64,000 nt of DNA from a bacterium UBP16_UBA6123 (GTDB taxonomy: Bacteria; Muiribacteriota; UBA9980), in the NCBI GenBank assembly GCA_002423385.1, contig DIVV01000135.1, positions 8,019 to 72,018 on the forward strand, given 5' to 3'. Shown here one piece after another: positions 37,094 to 47,497 of the stretch; the stretch's first letter is position 1; every line of letters starts with the position of its first letter. Under the pieces are notes generated by a model. It was not told the origin of the DNA, did not search any database, and was given only the letters and a program-made list of their open reading frames with translations. Both the position numbers and the translations under genes were made by a program.

Positions 37094-38017
37094 TTAATAA
37101 CCCCTGCTGCTATATTTTCTAACTAATTCGATGATCTTTTCGTCGCCCTTGCTTTTAGCCGCTATAAGAGGCGTTTTACCTCTGTAATTGGTGTAATAGG
37201 TGTCCGATCCTTTTTCCAGAAGGATTTTGACGGTTTCATAGTCGCCCGAATCTATGGCGTAGTAAAGCGCGTGTTCGTCGTCTAAGTTGGAGACTTTATA
37301 ATTGGCTTTGCTGTCCAGTAACACTTTAACAGCCCTGCTGCTGCCGCTTTTAGCCGCGAGCATCAGCGCCGTTTCTTTTTTCGAGTTTATGGCGTTGACG
37401 TTAGCGCCTTTTTTAATCAATTCGCGGATTTTTTGAGCGTCGCCGTCCGCGGCCGCCCGCAGAAGCTCGTTTTTAGGATCGGATACTTCGGCGTTTAAAT
37501 TGATATGCGCGTTGAGATAGCCTTCAGCGTCGCCGCTCACTTTTAAGAAATAAGAGGCTTTTTTAGCGACGCTGAAATTCAGGTTGACGATGAGCGCTGA
37601 TCCCGCGTTGAGCTTCGGTAATTTTTCGTCGGGGGCTATTTCTTTTTTAGACGAAGCGTCTATGAGCGATAGTGGCGGAAAAGGGCCGCTGTCGGGTCCT
37701 GTATTTCTGACCGAAAGGGTTATTAATAAGGAATCGTTTTTAGCTTCCTGTTTATTGAGCGAACATGAGGTTATTTTATATATATAATCGCCGCATATTG
37801 CTTCGTCGTTCATTGTGAATTCAGGTGCCGCGGTAGTTTCGGCTGCGGATAAACCGCGCATAAAAATCGTTTTTTCAGCTAAAGGCGTAAGCAGTAAAAA
37901 TGAAGTGATAAGAACTAAAAATAAAGATAAAGATAAAGATAAAGACGGTAATTCCAAATTTATATTAAAGTGTAGAGATAGTCGCCGTGAAAAATTAAAA
38001 TCGTTTTTATTTTCCAT
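37094..38017 (-). CDS. Ankyrin-repeat protein with N-terminal hydrophobic/SSR-encoded segment
   Basis: Three or four ANK repeats in C-terminal half (GANVNAINSKKETALMLAAKSG..., TPLIAAKSKGD); N-terminal LSLSLSLS encoded by a hexamer repeat. Confidence 0.6.
   Translation of the reverse strand: MENKNDFNFSRRLSLHFNINLELPSLSLSLSLFLVLITSFLLLTPLAEKTIFMRGLSAAETTAAPEFTMNDEAICGDYIYKITSCSLNKQEAKNDSLLITLSVRNTGPDSGPFPPLSLIDASSKKEIAPDEKLPKLNAGSALIVNLNFSVAKKASYFLKVSGDAEGYLNAHINLNAEVSDPKNELLRAAADGDAQKIRELIKKGANVNAINSKKETALMLAAKSGSSRAVKVLLDSKANYKVSNLDDEHALYYAIDSGDYETVKILLEKGSDTYYTNYRGKTPLIAAKSKGDEKIIELVRKYSSRGY
37922..37945. repeat. (TAAAGA)x4 perfect hexanucleotide tandem repeat inside 5' end of ankyrin gene
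   Basis: Seen directly; in-frame on minus strand, encoding (LS)4. Confidence 0.85.
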
Positions 38018-38033
38018 TATTAACCTCGCTTTG

Positions 38034-38089
38034 CCTTATAACCTTATAACCTTATAATCCTATAACTCTATAACTCTTTAACTCTTATC
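38034..38089. repeat. Degenerate 8-nt tandem repeat (ccttataa x3, then tcctataa, ctctataa, ctctttaa, ctcttatc) in the 75-bp spacer upstream of the ankyrin gene
   Basis: Seen directly; about seven contiguous copies. Confidence 0.8.
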
Positions 38090-38092
38090 GCT

Positions 38093-39238
38093 TTACCGGT
38101 TGAAATAATTTCTTATTTTATCGAAAGCGCTTTCTTTTATTACGATCGCCCCGCAGGGGCACAATTCCTGGCAGCAGAAGCAGCGAACGCATTTTTTCAG
38201 ATCGAATTCTATTTTTTGGCCGGCATTGTATTTTATCGCGCCGGCCGGGCAGACATTAAAACATATTGCGCAGAATTTGCATTTATCGCGGCTGTAATAA
38301 GGCTCCGAAAGACTGAACTTGCGCAGCGCCTGCCTGAGGCTGTCGAAGATAGGCCACTGGATGTTTTCTATTTTACGCGGCAGTTTGAAATCGGTTATAT
38401 TGAAGTCTTCTAATTTATTTCCGCAGATCTCGATTTCATCGAGGCGCGCACCGGCCAAATTCATTTTAAGCGCGGTCCTTCCGGTATAAAACATTTCGGG
38501 CGAAACCTTTAGAAGCGCGGCCGCCACGGTATCTATGGCTACGCAGTTGATCCCGCCGGCCAGTATATTTAATTCGCGCGGCACTCCGTTGGACGGCCCG
38601 TTTCCTTCCATGCCGTAAACGCCGTCTAATATGCTGAAAGTCGGCGCAGTGGCTAAATTCAGTTCCAGAAGCATCCGCGCGAAAAAATCGGCGTCAACGC
38701 CGGCTTTGAAGTGCCATTGCGGCTTTAAAAGCCCGACGACGGCGCCGAACATATTTTTGACGCTCATAGTCAGAAGCATCTGTCCGTGCGACTTTAATTT
38801 AGCTAAATTTACGATTTTATCGGATTCGACTATTTCCCGCGCGACTTCGAATTTTTTGAATATTCGATTTTCTGCATTTACCTTTATTTCAACGCTTTTT
38901 TCAAAATTAACGAATTTCACGTCCATTTTTTTTACGCTGTCGTAAATGCCGCATTTTTTAGCTACGGTAATAGCGCTCGAGTAACCCGGGCTGTCGCCGA
39001 GCGTAATGCGGCAGCCAATATCCTTTAATATGCGGCATACGGCGTTTACCACCTGCGGATGAGTGGTGACGTGTTCGCCGGATCTGCGCGCTAAAAGAAG
39101 ATTTGGCTTAATGAGCACTTTATCGCCGCGCGCGAAAAAACTACCTGCGCCGCCGAAATAATCGAATATTTTAATTACGCCGTTATTAATTTCATTTTGA
39201 TCGTATGTTTTAGTTTTGATTAAAGCCGTTTTGATCAT
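38093..39238 (-). CDS. DUF362 domain protein fused to C-terminal 2x[4Fe-4S] ferredoxin domain
   Basis: N-terminal DUF362-like region (GDKVLIKPNLL...); C-terminal CKFCAICFNVCP / CVRCFCCQELCP. Confidence 0.6.
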   Translation of the reverse strand: MIKTALIKTKTYDQNEINNGVIKIFDYFGGAGSFFARGDKVLIKPNLLLARRSGEHVTTHPQVVNAVCRILKDIGCRITLGDSPGYSSAITVAKKCGIYDSVKKMDVKFVNFEKSVEIKVNAENRIFKKFEVAREIVESDKIVNLAKLKSHGQMLLTMSVKNMFGAVVGLLKPQWHFKAGVDADFFARMLLELNLATAPTFSILDGVYGMEGNGPSNGVPRELNILAGGINCVAIDTVAAALLKVSPEMFYTGRTALKMNLAGARLDEIEICGNKLEDFNITDFKLPRKIENIQWPIFDSLRQALRKFSLSEPYYSRDKCKFCAICFNVCPAGAIKYNAGQKIEFDLKKCVRCFCCQELCPCGAIVIKESAFDKIRNYFNR

Positions 39239-39241
39239 ATA

Positions 39242-39631
39242 TTATTTTTTTTCCGCTTCTTTATCTTTGAGCGTGCCTACATAATTTAGCCTTAAGTTAG
39301 TTATTATGCTCTGAATTTCATTGGCCTCTTTAGAATCGATTCTGCCTTTGAGTTTTTCTAAAATAGCCGCCATGCAGTCTATTGAAAACTGCGCCTGGGG
39401 AAGATCGATTTTAATTTCGTTCGATTTTGGATCGGCGGCTATTTTACCCAGATATATCCAGGCTTTCTGCGCGAGCATCATCGTAAATGAAAGCGCTATC
39501 GAATAGGAATCGATATTAGCCATTGTCTGCTCGGCATTTTGCTGAGCGCCGTCCGTCTGATGTGCGTTGTGCGTGTGCTGCTGCTGCTGATTCTGAGCGT
39601 TATCGCCAGCGGTATTTAAAGTTTCGGACAT
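39242..39631 (-). CDS. DUF1844-like small protein with Gln/His-rich N-terminus
   Basis: C-terminal region ...DPKSNEIKIDLPQAQFSIDCMAAILEKLKGRIDSKEANEIQSIITNLRLNYV resembles the DUF1844 consensus; 129 aa. Confidence 0.4.
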   Translation of the reverse strand: MSETLNTAGDNAQNQQQQHTHNAHQTDGAQQNAEQTMANIDSYSIALSFTMMLAQKAWIYLGKIAADPKSNEIKIDLPQAQFSIDCMAAILEKLKGRIDSKEANEIQSIITNLRLNYVGTLKDKEAEKK

Positions 39632-39948
39632 TTAAACCACCTCTTATAAAATTAGCGTTAAGTATTATAAAAAATTGCGGCCGGCGGATTTATAACCAGC
39701 CTTAACTTTCGCCGTATGCTCATTTTACCAGATATTTAATAAAATTTCAATGGCTGCTTTTATTTATTTATCTTTCATAGTACTAACGACAATTATAAAA
39801 ATAAAAAAAATAAAAAATTTAAGTTAAAAAGGTTGAACTTTAAACTTTTTTATTATAGAATTAAACATGACAAAATAATACATAAATAAAAGAAGAAATA
39901 GAAGAAATAGAATAAAACGACGAAAAAGACGAGCGGCACTCATAAGAT

Positions 39949-40719
39949 ATGAAAACCATAGTTTTAAAAGTAGAATATGACGGCACGGATTATTACGGAT
40001 TTCAGAAACAGACCGGTAACGAAAATAAAACGCCGACGATCCAGGGTAAAATAGAAGCCGCGCTCGATAAAATTTTAGGCCGTCACTTCGATACGAAGGG
40101 GTCGGGCCGTACTGACAGCGGAGTACACGCATTCGGACAGATTGTGAGCGTCCAGATTGCACCGGATTTTAATTTGCGCATAACGCCCGAAGGACTTAAA
40201 AGGCTTCTAAATAATAAACTTGCGCCGGATATAATGGTTAAAAGCGTAAATATAGTTGATGGCGATTTTCACGCACTCGGGCTTTCAAAAGTGAAATCCT
40301 ACGCTTATATCGTAAAATATGGCGCGCCGGACGCTTTTACCGGTCGGTATTGCTGGCAGGTAAATAAAGAAATCGATTTCAACCGGTTGAAGGAACTTAT
40401 TCCGATGTTTAAAGGCGATGTTTTCTGTGCGCCTTTCTGCGCTGGCGACGTCGATGAAAACTGCATGGAATCCTATTATAAAGAAATTTATTTTTTCAGG
40501 TTTTATAAAATAAAAAAGCGTTCGACAATAGTTTTCATAATAAAGGCCCGCGGTTTTTTATATAAAATGGTGCGCAGGCTCATAGGTTTTTTAATAGATT
40601 ATTCGACTGGCCGCTTTGATTTACAGACTGCGAAAAAAGTTATGGCCGATTATAAATTGAGGTCGTTGTATATAACCGCTCCGCCGAACGGGTTATTTTT
40701 ATATAAAGTTAAGTACTGA
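39949..40719 (+). CDS. truA: tRNA pseudouridine(38-40) synthase
   Basis: Catalytic-Asp motif GRTDSGVHAFGQ, N-terminal VEYDGTDYYGFQ, 256 aa. Confidence 0.8.
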   Translation: MKTIVLKVEYDGTDYYGFQKQTGNENKTPTIQGKIEAALDKILGRHFDTKGSGRTDSGVHAFGQIVSVQIAPDFNLRITPEGLKRLLNNKLAPDIMVKSVNIVDGDFHALGLSKVKSYAYIVKYGAPDAFTGRYCWQVNKEIDFNRLKELIPMFKGDVFCAPFCAGDVDENCMESYYKEIYFFRFYKIKKRSTIVFIIKARGFLYKMVRRLIGFLIDYSTGRFDLQTAKKVMADYKLRSLYITAPPNGLFLYKVKY

Positions 40720-40754
40720 AATATTGATCATCATTAAAATTAAAACGAGGCGTC

Positions 40755-43700
40755 ATGAATAGTAAGCAATTAATAAACGACGAATTGTATATACAATTTT
40801 TTGACAATGAATCGATTCCGAAATTAATGATCGATCCCGAATCTTTGGATATCGTCGATGCTAATATGGCGGCTGTTTCTTTTTATGGTTATGGCGAAGA
40901 TATCAGACGGATGAAAATAAGTCAGATTAACACTTTGACCGAAAAACAGGTAAAACATGCCACCTGTAAAGCTAAAGACGGCTCTCAGGTTTTTTATTTC
41001 AAGCACCGCCTGGCCTCCGGCGCTATACGCGACGTGGAAGTGCATACTAACTCCATAGTTATCAAAGATAAAGTTTTTATTCAGTCTGCCGTAATCGATA
41101 TTACGGAAAGAAATCGCGTTTATCGCGAATTGTACAATTCAGAGCAAAAATACAGACAGCTTTTCAAAAATATGTCGGAGGCTTTTGCCTATTGCAGAAT
41201 AGTTAACGATGATGATACGGGTTCCCGTGATTTTGAAATAGTCGAAATTAACGACGCTTTTGAAGATTTGTTCGCTACGAACGCCAAAGAAGCTGTCGGT
41301 GAAAGGTTTTTAAATTCTACCTTCCGTTTCGCCGAATTAAATGAAGCCGTTTCAGAATTTTTATCCGTTCCAACGACAGACGGCGCTTGTAATTATATAT
41401 CCAAGTTTTTTCCGGCGCTTGATAAATGGCTTAAAATTAATTATTTTGCCCCCGCACCCGGTTATTTCGTTTTGATGATAAACGATATCACGAGTCAAAA
41501 ATTATTTGAAAATTCTTTAAGCGAGTCGCATCAGTTTTTGAAATCGATTTTTAATACGCTTTATATATCCATAGCTATTTTAGACGAAAACGGAATGATA
41601 ATTCAGTTGAATGATTCATGGAAACGCAACGGTTATAATTCCGATTTGCTCGGGCCTAACTGCCGTGTCGGCATGAACTATTTTGAAATATGCAGCGAAG
41701 TTATAAAAAACAGTGGAGAAGATATCGACTTATCCCTTGCCGCGGCGGAGGTTAAAGAATCTATCGATGATACGCTTTCAAGAAAAAACAATAATATCAC
41801 CAATGAAATCTGCATTGCCGGAAATTACTTCAGGTTTACCACCCGGCTTTTTGAATGGCCGGAATCATACAGAATTATTCTCGCATTTGAAGATATCACA
41901 TACCGAAAAAAATCGGAAGAAAAAATTAAAAAATTATCCCTCGCCGTAGAGCAAAGCCCGGCCGCAGTCTTTATCACTGATTCAGAAGGCGTGATCGAAT
42001 ACGTAAATCATAAATTTAGCTCGTTAACCGGGTATAGCGGCGAGGAGGCCGTCGGAAAAACGCCGCGGATATTAAATTCAGGCCACTACAATAAGGAATT
42101 TTATATCGAGATGTGGCGGATAATTAAATCCGGCGGCGAGTGGCGCGGTGAATTCAGAAATAAAAAAAAGGACGGCAGCCTGTACTGGGAGTCGGCGTCA
42201 ATAACTCCGATAGTGGCCGATAACGGCGTTATAACGCATTTTATTGCGCTCAAAGAAGATATAAGCGTTAGAAAAACTATCGAGGAAGAATTAAAAAAGT
42301 CCAAAGAAGACGCCATCAAAGCGCGTTTGGCCGCTGAAGACGCGAGCGAAGCCAAGAGCCGTTTTTTAGCCAATATGAGCCACGAAATAAGGACGCCGAT
42401 GAACAGCATAATAGGCTTTACCGATATGCTCGCTTCGACCGAATTGACCGGTGACCAGAAAGAACTGCTCGATTATGTTAAAACGAGTTCCAAAGCGCTT
42501 TTATCATTGATTAATGATATACTCGATCTGTCGAAGATAGAGGCCGGTAAACTCGAGATGGAAAGCGTTGAATTCGAACTTCATTCGATGTTAGAACAGG
42601 TTATCGGCATTACGCGCTCCAACGCTTCTAAACGGGGAATTAAATACGGTTATATGCTTGATTCGGCGATTAATTTCAGGGTTTTTTCCGACGCGGCGCG
42701 TCTTCGCCAGGTTATGCTTAATTTAGTCGATAATTCAATCAAATTTACCGAAACGGGTAAAAATGTTAAAATTATTATATCACTCGAAGGCTCCGATAAA
42801 GAAAACGCCGTCATTAAATTTATGGTCTCCGACGAAGGTATCGGCATACCCGAAAATAAGATTGACACTATTTTTATGTCTTTTATGCAGTCGGATACTT
42901 CAATAACCAGAAAATACGGCGGGACCGGGTTGGGGCTTACTATATCCAATCATATAATAAAGCTGATGGGCGGCGAAGGAATAAAAGTGACGAGCGTCGA
43001 AGGTTCTGGAAGTGATTTTTATTTTATCCTTAATTTGAAAAAAGGTTCGTTAATTAATTATGAAGGCTTGAAATATAGCACGTCCGATTCTTTAGAAGTC
43101 GCTTCCGCGAAAAAGTATGACATTCTTTTAGTGGAAGATAATCTTTCGAATATAGCCCTTACCACAAAGGTGCTGCTCCGTTTCGGCCATAACGTCGCGG
43201 TCGCGGTTAATGGTGAAGAAGCGGTTAAAATGAGCGAACAGCAAAAATACGATCTTTTGCTTATGGATATTCAGATGCCGGTTATGGACGGATTCGAAGC
43301 CACCAGGGCAATACGCGGCCGCGGCGACGTAGTTCCCATAATAGCCATGACGGCTTCCGCCATGAAAGGCGACTACGAAGCCTGCATTAATGCCGGAATG
43401 GACGGCTACATACCGAAACCTATCAATATAAGCGAAATAAACAAGACTATAAGCGATGTTTTATATCGGTTTAAAAATAGGAATAAAAAAGAAGAGGCGC
43501 CGCCTAAAAAAACAGGTGGAACTTCAAACGTTCTGCTGGATATGCGCAGGGAAAGTTTAGAAGAAAAAGCGGCCGTCATTGAAAAAAGGATGCAGCCGGC
43601 CGCCGACGGCGAATTAAAGGTGTTCGATCCGCAGAAACTGATGTTTAACATGGGCGATATTAAAGAACTGGCCATCGACTCGGTTGATATGTTTTTAGAA

Positions 43701-43967
43701 TATTCCACGGCTTATTATCAGGAAGTAAAAAAATCCATAGAAGAAAAAAATGCAGATAAAATCAAGCGGGCGGCCCATAAATTCAAGGGCACTTCTTTAA
43801 ACGCCTGCGCGATGAAGGTCGCTTCTCTCTTATTAAAAATTGAAGGCTGCGCTAAAAACGGCGTTGTAAATGAATGTGAAATCTTATTTGAAGAGCTCGG
43901 CCGTGAGATTGAAATTTATAAAAAAGAAGTAAGCGTTTCAGAATTTTTTATCGAAAAAGATAAATAA
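40755..43967 (+). CDS. Hybrid sensor histidine kinase (multiple PAS - HisKA - HATPase - REC - Hpt)
   Basis: H-box MSHEIRTPMNSIIGF, G-boxes (GTGLGLTIS), receiver LLVEDN...LLLMDIQMPVMDG...K, C-terminal Hpt-like HKFKGTSLNACA; 1070 aa. Confidence 0.8.
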   Translation: MNSKQLINDELYIQFFDNESIPKLMIDPESLDIVDANMAAVSFYGYGEDIRRMKISQINTLTEKQVKHATCKAKDGSQVFYFKHRLASGAIRDVEVHTNSIVIKDKVFIQSAVIDITERNRVYRELYNSEQKYRQLFKNMSEAFAYCRIVNDDDTGSRDFEIVEINDAFEDLFATNAKEAVGERFLNSTFRFAELNEAVSEFLSVPTTDGACNYISKFFPALDKWLKINYFAPAPGYFVLMINDITSQKLFENSLSESHQFLKSIFNTLYISIAILDENGMIIQLNDSWKRNGYNSDLLGPNCRVGMNYFEICSEVIKNSGEDIDLSLAAAEVKESIDDTLSRKNNNITNEICIAGNYFRFTTRLFEWPESYRIILAFEDITYRKKSEEKIKKLSLAVEQSPAAVFITDSEGVIEYVNHKFSSLTGYSGEEAVGKTPRILNSGHYNKEFYIEMWRIIKSGGEWRGEFRNKKKDGSLYWESASITPIVADNGVITHFIALKEDISVRKTIEEELKKSKEDAIKARLAAEDASEAKSRFLANMSHEIRTPMNSIIGFTDMLASTELTGDQKELLDYVKTSSKALLSLINDILDLSKIEAGKLEMESVEFELHSMLEQVIGITRSNASKRGIKYGYMLDSAINFRVFSDAARLRQVMLNLVDNSIKFTETGKNVKIIISLEGSDKENAVIKFMVSDEGIGIPENKIDTIFMSFMQSDTSITRKYGGTGLGLTISNHIIKLMGGEGIKVTSVEGSGSDFYFILNLKKGSLINYEGLKYSTSDSLEVASAKKYDILLVEDNLSNIALTTKVLLRFGHNVAVAVNGEEAVKMSEQQKYDLLLMDIQMPVMDGFEATRAIRGRGDVVPIIAMTASAMKGDYEACINAGMDGYIPKPINISEINKTISDVLYRFKNRNKKEEAPPKKTGGTSNVLLDMRRESLEEKAAVIEKRMQPAADGELKVFDPQKLMFNMGDIKELAIDSVDMFLEYSTAYYQEVKKSIEEKNADKIKRAAHKFKGTSLNACAMKVASLLLKIEGCAKNGVVNECEILFEELGREIEIYKKEVSVSEFFIEKDK

Positions 43968-44055
43968 TTTTTCCCTGTTATAATTTATATATTTATGCCG
44001 ATGATTCAGTTAAGGTTATTGTTACTTTAACCAAAATTACCGGCTGGAAGTTATT

Positions 44056-46806
44056 ATGAGTGAAAAAACCATTAATATTTTAATGATCGAAGACGATATC
44101 ATCGATCAGTTGTCGTTTAAAAACCTTGTCAGGAATGAAAACCTCGACTATCGATACGATATAGTAGCTTCTATCGCGGAAGCTTCGATTTTATTAAAGC
44201 AAAAAAAATATGACGCGGTAATTACCGATTATATATTAAGCGATGGAACTTCTTTTGATTTAATGGAGATGGTTTCGAATTTGCCCGTTATTTTCGTATC
44301 CGCTACCGGCGACGAGGAAATTGCCGTAAAGGCCTTGCAGTCCGGTGCTTCAGAATACTTGATCAAAGATATCGAAAGAAATTATATAAAAGTTCTTCCA
44401 TTAAGCATCGAACACGCCATAGCCAAAAAAAATTCCGAAAAGAAAGTTAAAACGCTTTCGCATGCCATTACGAATATCACCGATTGTGTTTTTATATTAC
44501 AGCCCGATTATACGGTTATATTCGTTAACAGGTCTTTTTGCGCAACTTATGGTTACGAAGAAAGCGAGGCGCTGGGCAGAAAAGCCGGCGAACTGATATT
44601 TGTGGACGCCGCCGAAGGCGTCTCGATATGTTCGGCGTTTCTGGCCGATTTTAATCATAGCTGGCGCGGTGACATATTCAGTAGAAAGTCGCGCGGCGAA
44701 ATATTTCCGGCGGCGCTTTCGCTGGCCGCGATTAAAAATGAAAAGGGCGAATTGACCGAAATTATAGGCGTAATACAGGATATAAGCGCCATAATCAACA
44801 GCGGTAAAGAGCTCGAAAGATCTAAGGAGTTTTTAAAAAACGCTATAGATTCGCTCACGGCTAATATAGTAATACTCGATGAAAAAGGCTTTATAGTCCA
44901 TGCGAACGCGGCCTGGCAAAAATTCGCCAGGACTAATAACGAGGGCGAAGTTTCGTGGCTCGGGGTTAATTATCTGGATATCTGTCTGAAAGCGGCTTCT
45001 GAGGGCGTTGAACCCGCGCGGCACCTTGCCGGAAATATAGAAAAAATTATAAAAGGCGAAATAAAGCAGTATCATATGGAATATCAAAGCGATTTTACGG
45101 CCGAAAAAATGTGGTTTATGGTTAATATAACCCGTTTTATATCTTCAGGCATGGCCAGAGTCGTAGTTTCACACGAGGATATTACGGCCAGAAAAATTGC
45201 CGAAGAAGATGCGCGTCGCGCTAAAATAGCGGCTGAAGAGGCAAATCTGGCAAAAAGCGATTTTCTTGCGAGCATGAGCCATGAAATAAGGACGCCGATG
45301 AATGCGATCATAGGCATGGCGGAACTTTTGTGGGATACTTCGCTTACCGAGGAGCAGCAGAAATATGTGCAGATCTTTCGGACGGCCGGGCAGTCGCTGC
45401 TCGATTTGATAAATGACATACTCGATATATCTAAAATAGAGGCTGGCCATTTAGCCATTGAAAATATTAAATTTAATCTCCTCGAATTAATTGAGAAAAC
45501 TTTTGAAGTATTATCTATTAAAGCGCATGAAAAAGGTCTCGAACTGTTGTTTTTTATTGAAGCTGACGTTCTGCTCAATCTTTCGGGAGATCCTGTACGC
45601 CTGCGCCAGATTATAATAAATCTTGTCGGAAATGCCGTTAAATTTACGGAATCTGGCGAAATAATATTGCGTATAAAAACCGTGGATGAAGCCGGGGGCC
45701 GTCCAGGAGACTATATCCTCAGTTTTTCGGTGTCGGATACCGGTATCGGGATTTCAGAAAATAAACTCAGCGATATTTTCGAAAAATTCACTCAGGCCGA
45801 TTCATCGACCACCCGTAAATATGGCGGTACCGGCCTCGGGCTTTCAATTTCTAAAAGGCTTATAGAATTGATGGGCGGAGCGATAACGGTAAAAAGCGTA
45901 AAAGACAGCGGCAGCGAATTTGTGTTTACCGCGCGGTTTAAAAAAACGAGCGATGCGTGCACCATGTCTTCGATATCAGATTTTAAACTCGAAGGTTTGA
46001 GAGTTCTGATTATAGATCACAATAAAGCTAATTCGAATTTTTTAAAATCGACCCTTGAAATTTTCGGCGCCTCGGTCGCCTGCGTCGATACCATGTCAAA
46101 AGGCCTTGTCTGTCTTAAAGCGGCATTGGAAAAAGCTCTTGAATATCATTTAGTGTTTATAGACAATCATATATTCAAAAATAATAAGGACGATACTTTT
46201 TTAATCAAGCAGCGGTCTGATTTATGTAAAGTTGTTATATTAATGCTTACTACAAATGATTTAAGCGATGAAATAACCTGGCTTAAAAACCATGGAATAG
46301 AATTTTATATTATTAAGCCCATTAAATACTCCGTTTTATTTGAAACGCTTTACTGCGCTTTTATTAAAAGAGATATAATTGAGGCGGGCGGCGACAAAGT
46401 TAAGGCAATGCCCGTCGATTTAAAGGAAGGCACGAAACCGCTTAAAATATTGCTGGTCGAAGATTCCGAGACTAATAAAATGCTGGTGCAGGCTTATTTT
46501 AAAAATACCCCGCATCTGCTCGATATCGCCGAAAACGGCGCGATCGCCTTTGAAAAATATAAGGCGGGCGATTATGATATAGTTTTTATGGATATGCAGA
46601 TGCCCGTAATGGACGGATATACTTCGACTAAATTGATCCGAGAATACGAAAAAAAAGAAAATAAGCCGCCTAAACCGATTATAGCCCTTACGGCTTTCGC
46701 TTTTAAAGAGGATATCAATAAAAGCATGAGCGCCGGCTGTACCGATTATTTGGCCAAACCCATAAAAAAATCATCTTTAATGGAGGCCGTTAAAAAACAT
46801 TCATAG
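44056..46806 (+). CDS. Hybrid histidine kinase with N-terminal REC, PAS domains, HisKA-HATPase core and two C-terminal REC-like domains
   Basis: N-terminal ILMIEDD...VITDY receiver; H-box MSHEIRTPMNAIIGM; GTGLGLSIS; C-terminal LLVEDSETN...FMDMQMPVMDG receiver; 916 aa. Confidence 0.8.
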   Translation: MSEKTINILMIEDDIIDQLSFKNLVRNENLDYRYDIVASIAEASILLKQKKYDAVITDYILSDGTSFDLMEMVSNLPVIFVSATGDEEIAVKALQSGASEYLIKDIERNYIKVLPLSIEHAIAKKNSEKKVKTLSHAITNITDCVFILQPDYTVIFVNRSFCATYGYEESEALGRKAGELIFVDAAEGVSICSAFLADFNHSWRGDIFSRKSRGEIFPAALSLAAIKNEKGELTEIIGVIQDISAIINSGKELERSKEFLKNAIDSLTANIVILDEKGFIVHANAAWQKFARTNNEGEVSWLGVNYLDICLKAASEGVEPARHLAGNIEKIIKGEIKQYHMEYQSDFTAEKMWFMVNITRFISSGMARVVVSHEDITARKIAEEDARRAKIAAEEANLAKSDFLASMSHEIRTPMNAIIGMAELLWDTSLTEEQQKYVQIFRTAGQSLLDLINDILDISKIEAGHLAIENIKFNLLELIEKTFEVLSIKAHEKGLELLFFIEADVLLNLSGDPVRLRQIIINLVGNAVKFTESGEIILRIKTVDEAGGRPGDYILSFSVSDTGIGISENKLSDIFEKFTQADSSTTRKYGGTGLGLSISKRLIELMGGAITVKSVKDSGSEFVFTARFKKTSDACTMSSISDFKLEGLRVLIIDHNKANSNFLKSTLEIFGASVACVDTMSKGLVCLKAALEKALEYHLVFIDNHIFKNNKDDTFLIKQRSDLCKVVILMLTTNDLSDEITWLKNHGIEFYIIKPIKYSVLFETLYCAFIKRDIIEAGGDKVKAMPVDLKEGTKPLKILLVEDSETNKMLVQAYFKNTPHLLDIAENGAIAFEKYKAGDYDIVFMDMQMPVMDGYTSTKLIREYEKKENKPPKPIIALTAFAFKEDINKSMSAGCTDYLAKPIKKSSLMEAVKKHS

Positions 46807-46876
46807 TTCGGGAAAAAAAATTAAACTTTTCATTTTTTATTTCGATATCTCTCTTATAAATATAAAATTAGAGGGG

Positions 46877-47497
46877 TTGAGATCTATGTTCCGTTTTAAA
46901 CTTTTTATTTTATCTGTTTTCATAATTTTTTCGAGTATTTCGCCGTGCTTAGCTAATATTTGCGAAGAAGACGCGGCTAAAATGGCAATGTCACACTGTT
47001 TCAAAAACTTTTCAGATTTATACCAGAGTCCGAGCGTTAAAGTGCGCGTTGAAAAAGTCGAACTGGTTAAATTAAATGGAATTAACGGCCCGATAGAACT
47101 TTTCAATGTCGTGATATCTAAATATCACAAGCAGACTTTAGTTAAAATAAACGATTTTTTACTTTATGAAATTGAAAAGCAGAACGCTTCAATAGTCACT
47201 ATTAAAAATATAGAAGACGACAACTCATGTTTGAAGGCATCAGTCTATAAATTGTTTTGTGACGGCGGGTTGGCTTCGCTTAAATCGGTTAATTATGAAA
47301 AATACGCGAATATTATTAATCTTTGCGGCGATTTAATTTTAAGCGCCGTAAGGGAAGAAAGCGATAAATCCATAAAAGAAAGAGTTTTAAGTAATATAGA
47401 TACGGTAATCGCTGGAATCGGAATTTATAAACCTGAGCTTAATTATAAAATCGCGGAATTCGAACAGGGACTTAAATCTTTAAGAATTATGCAATAA
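46877..47497 (+). CDS. Hypothetical secreted protein
   Basis: Signal-peptide-like N-terminus; no recognised family. Confidence 0.3.
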   Translation: MRSMFRFKLFILSVFIIFSSISPCLANICEEDAAKMAMSHCFKNFSDLYQSPSVKVRVEKVELVKLNGINGPIELFNVVISKYHKQTLVKINDFLLYEIEKQNASIVTIKNIEDDNSCLKASVYKLFCDGGLASLKSVNYEKYANIINLCGDLILSAVREESDKSIKERVLSNIDTVIAGIGIYKPELNYKIAEFEQGLKSLRIMQ

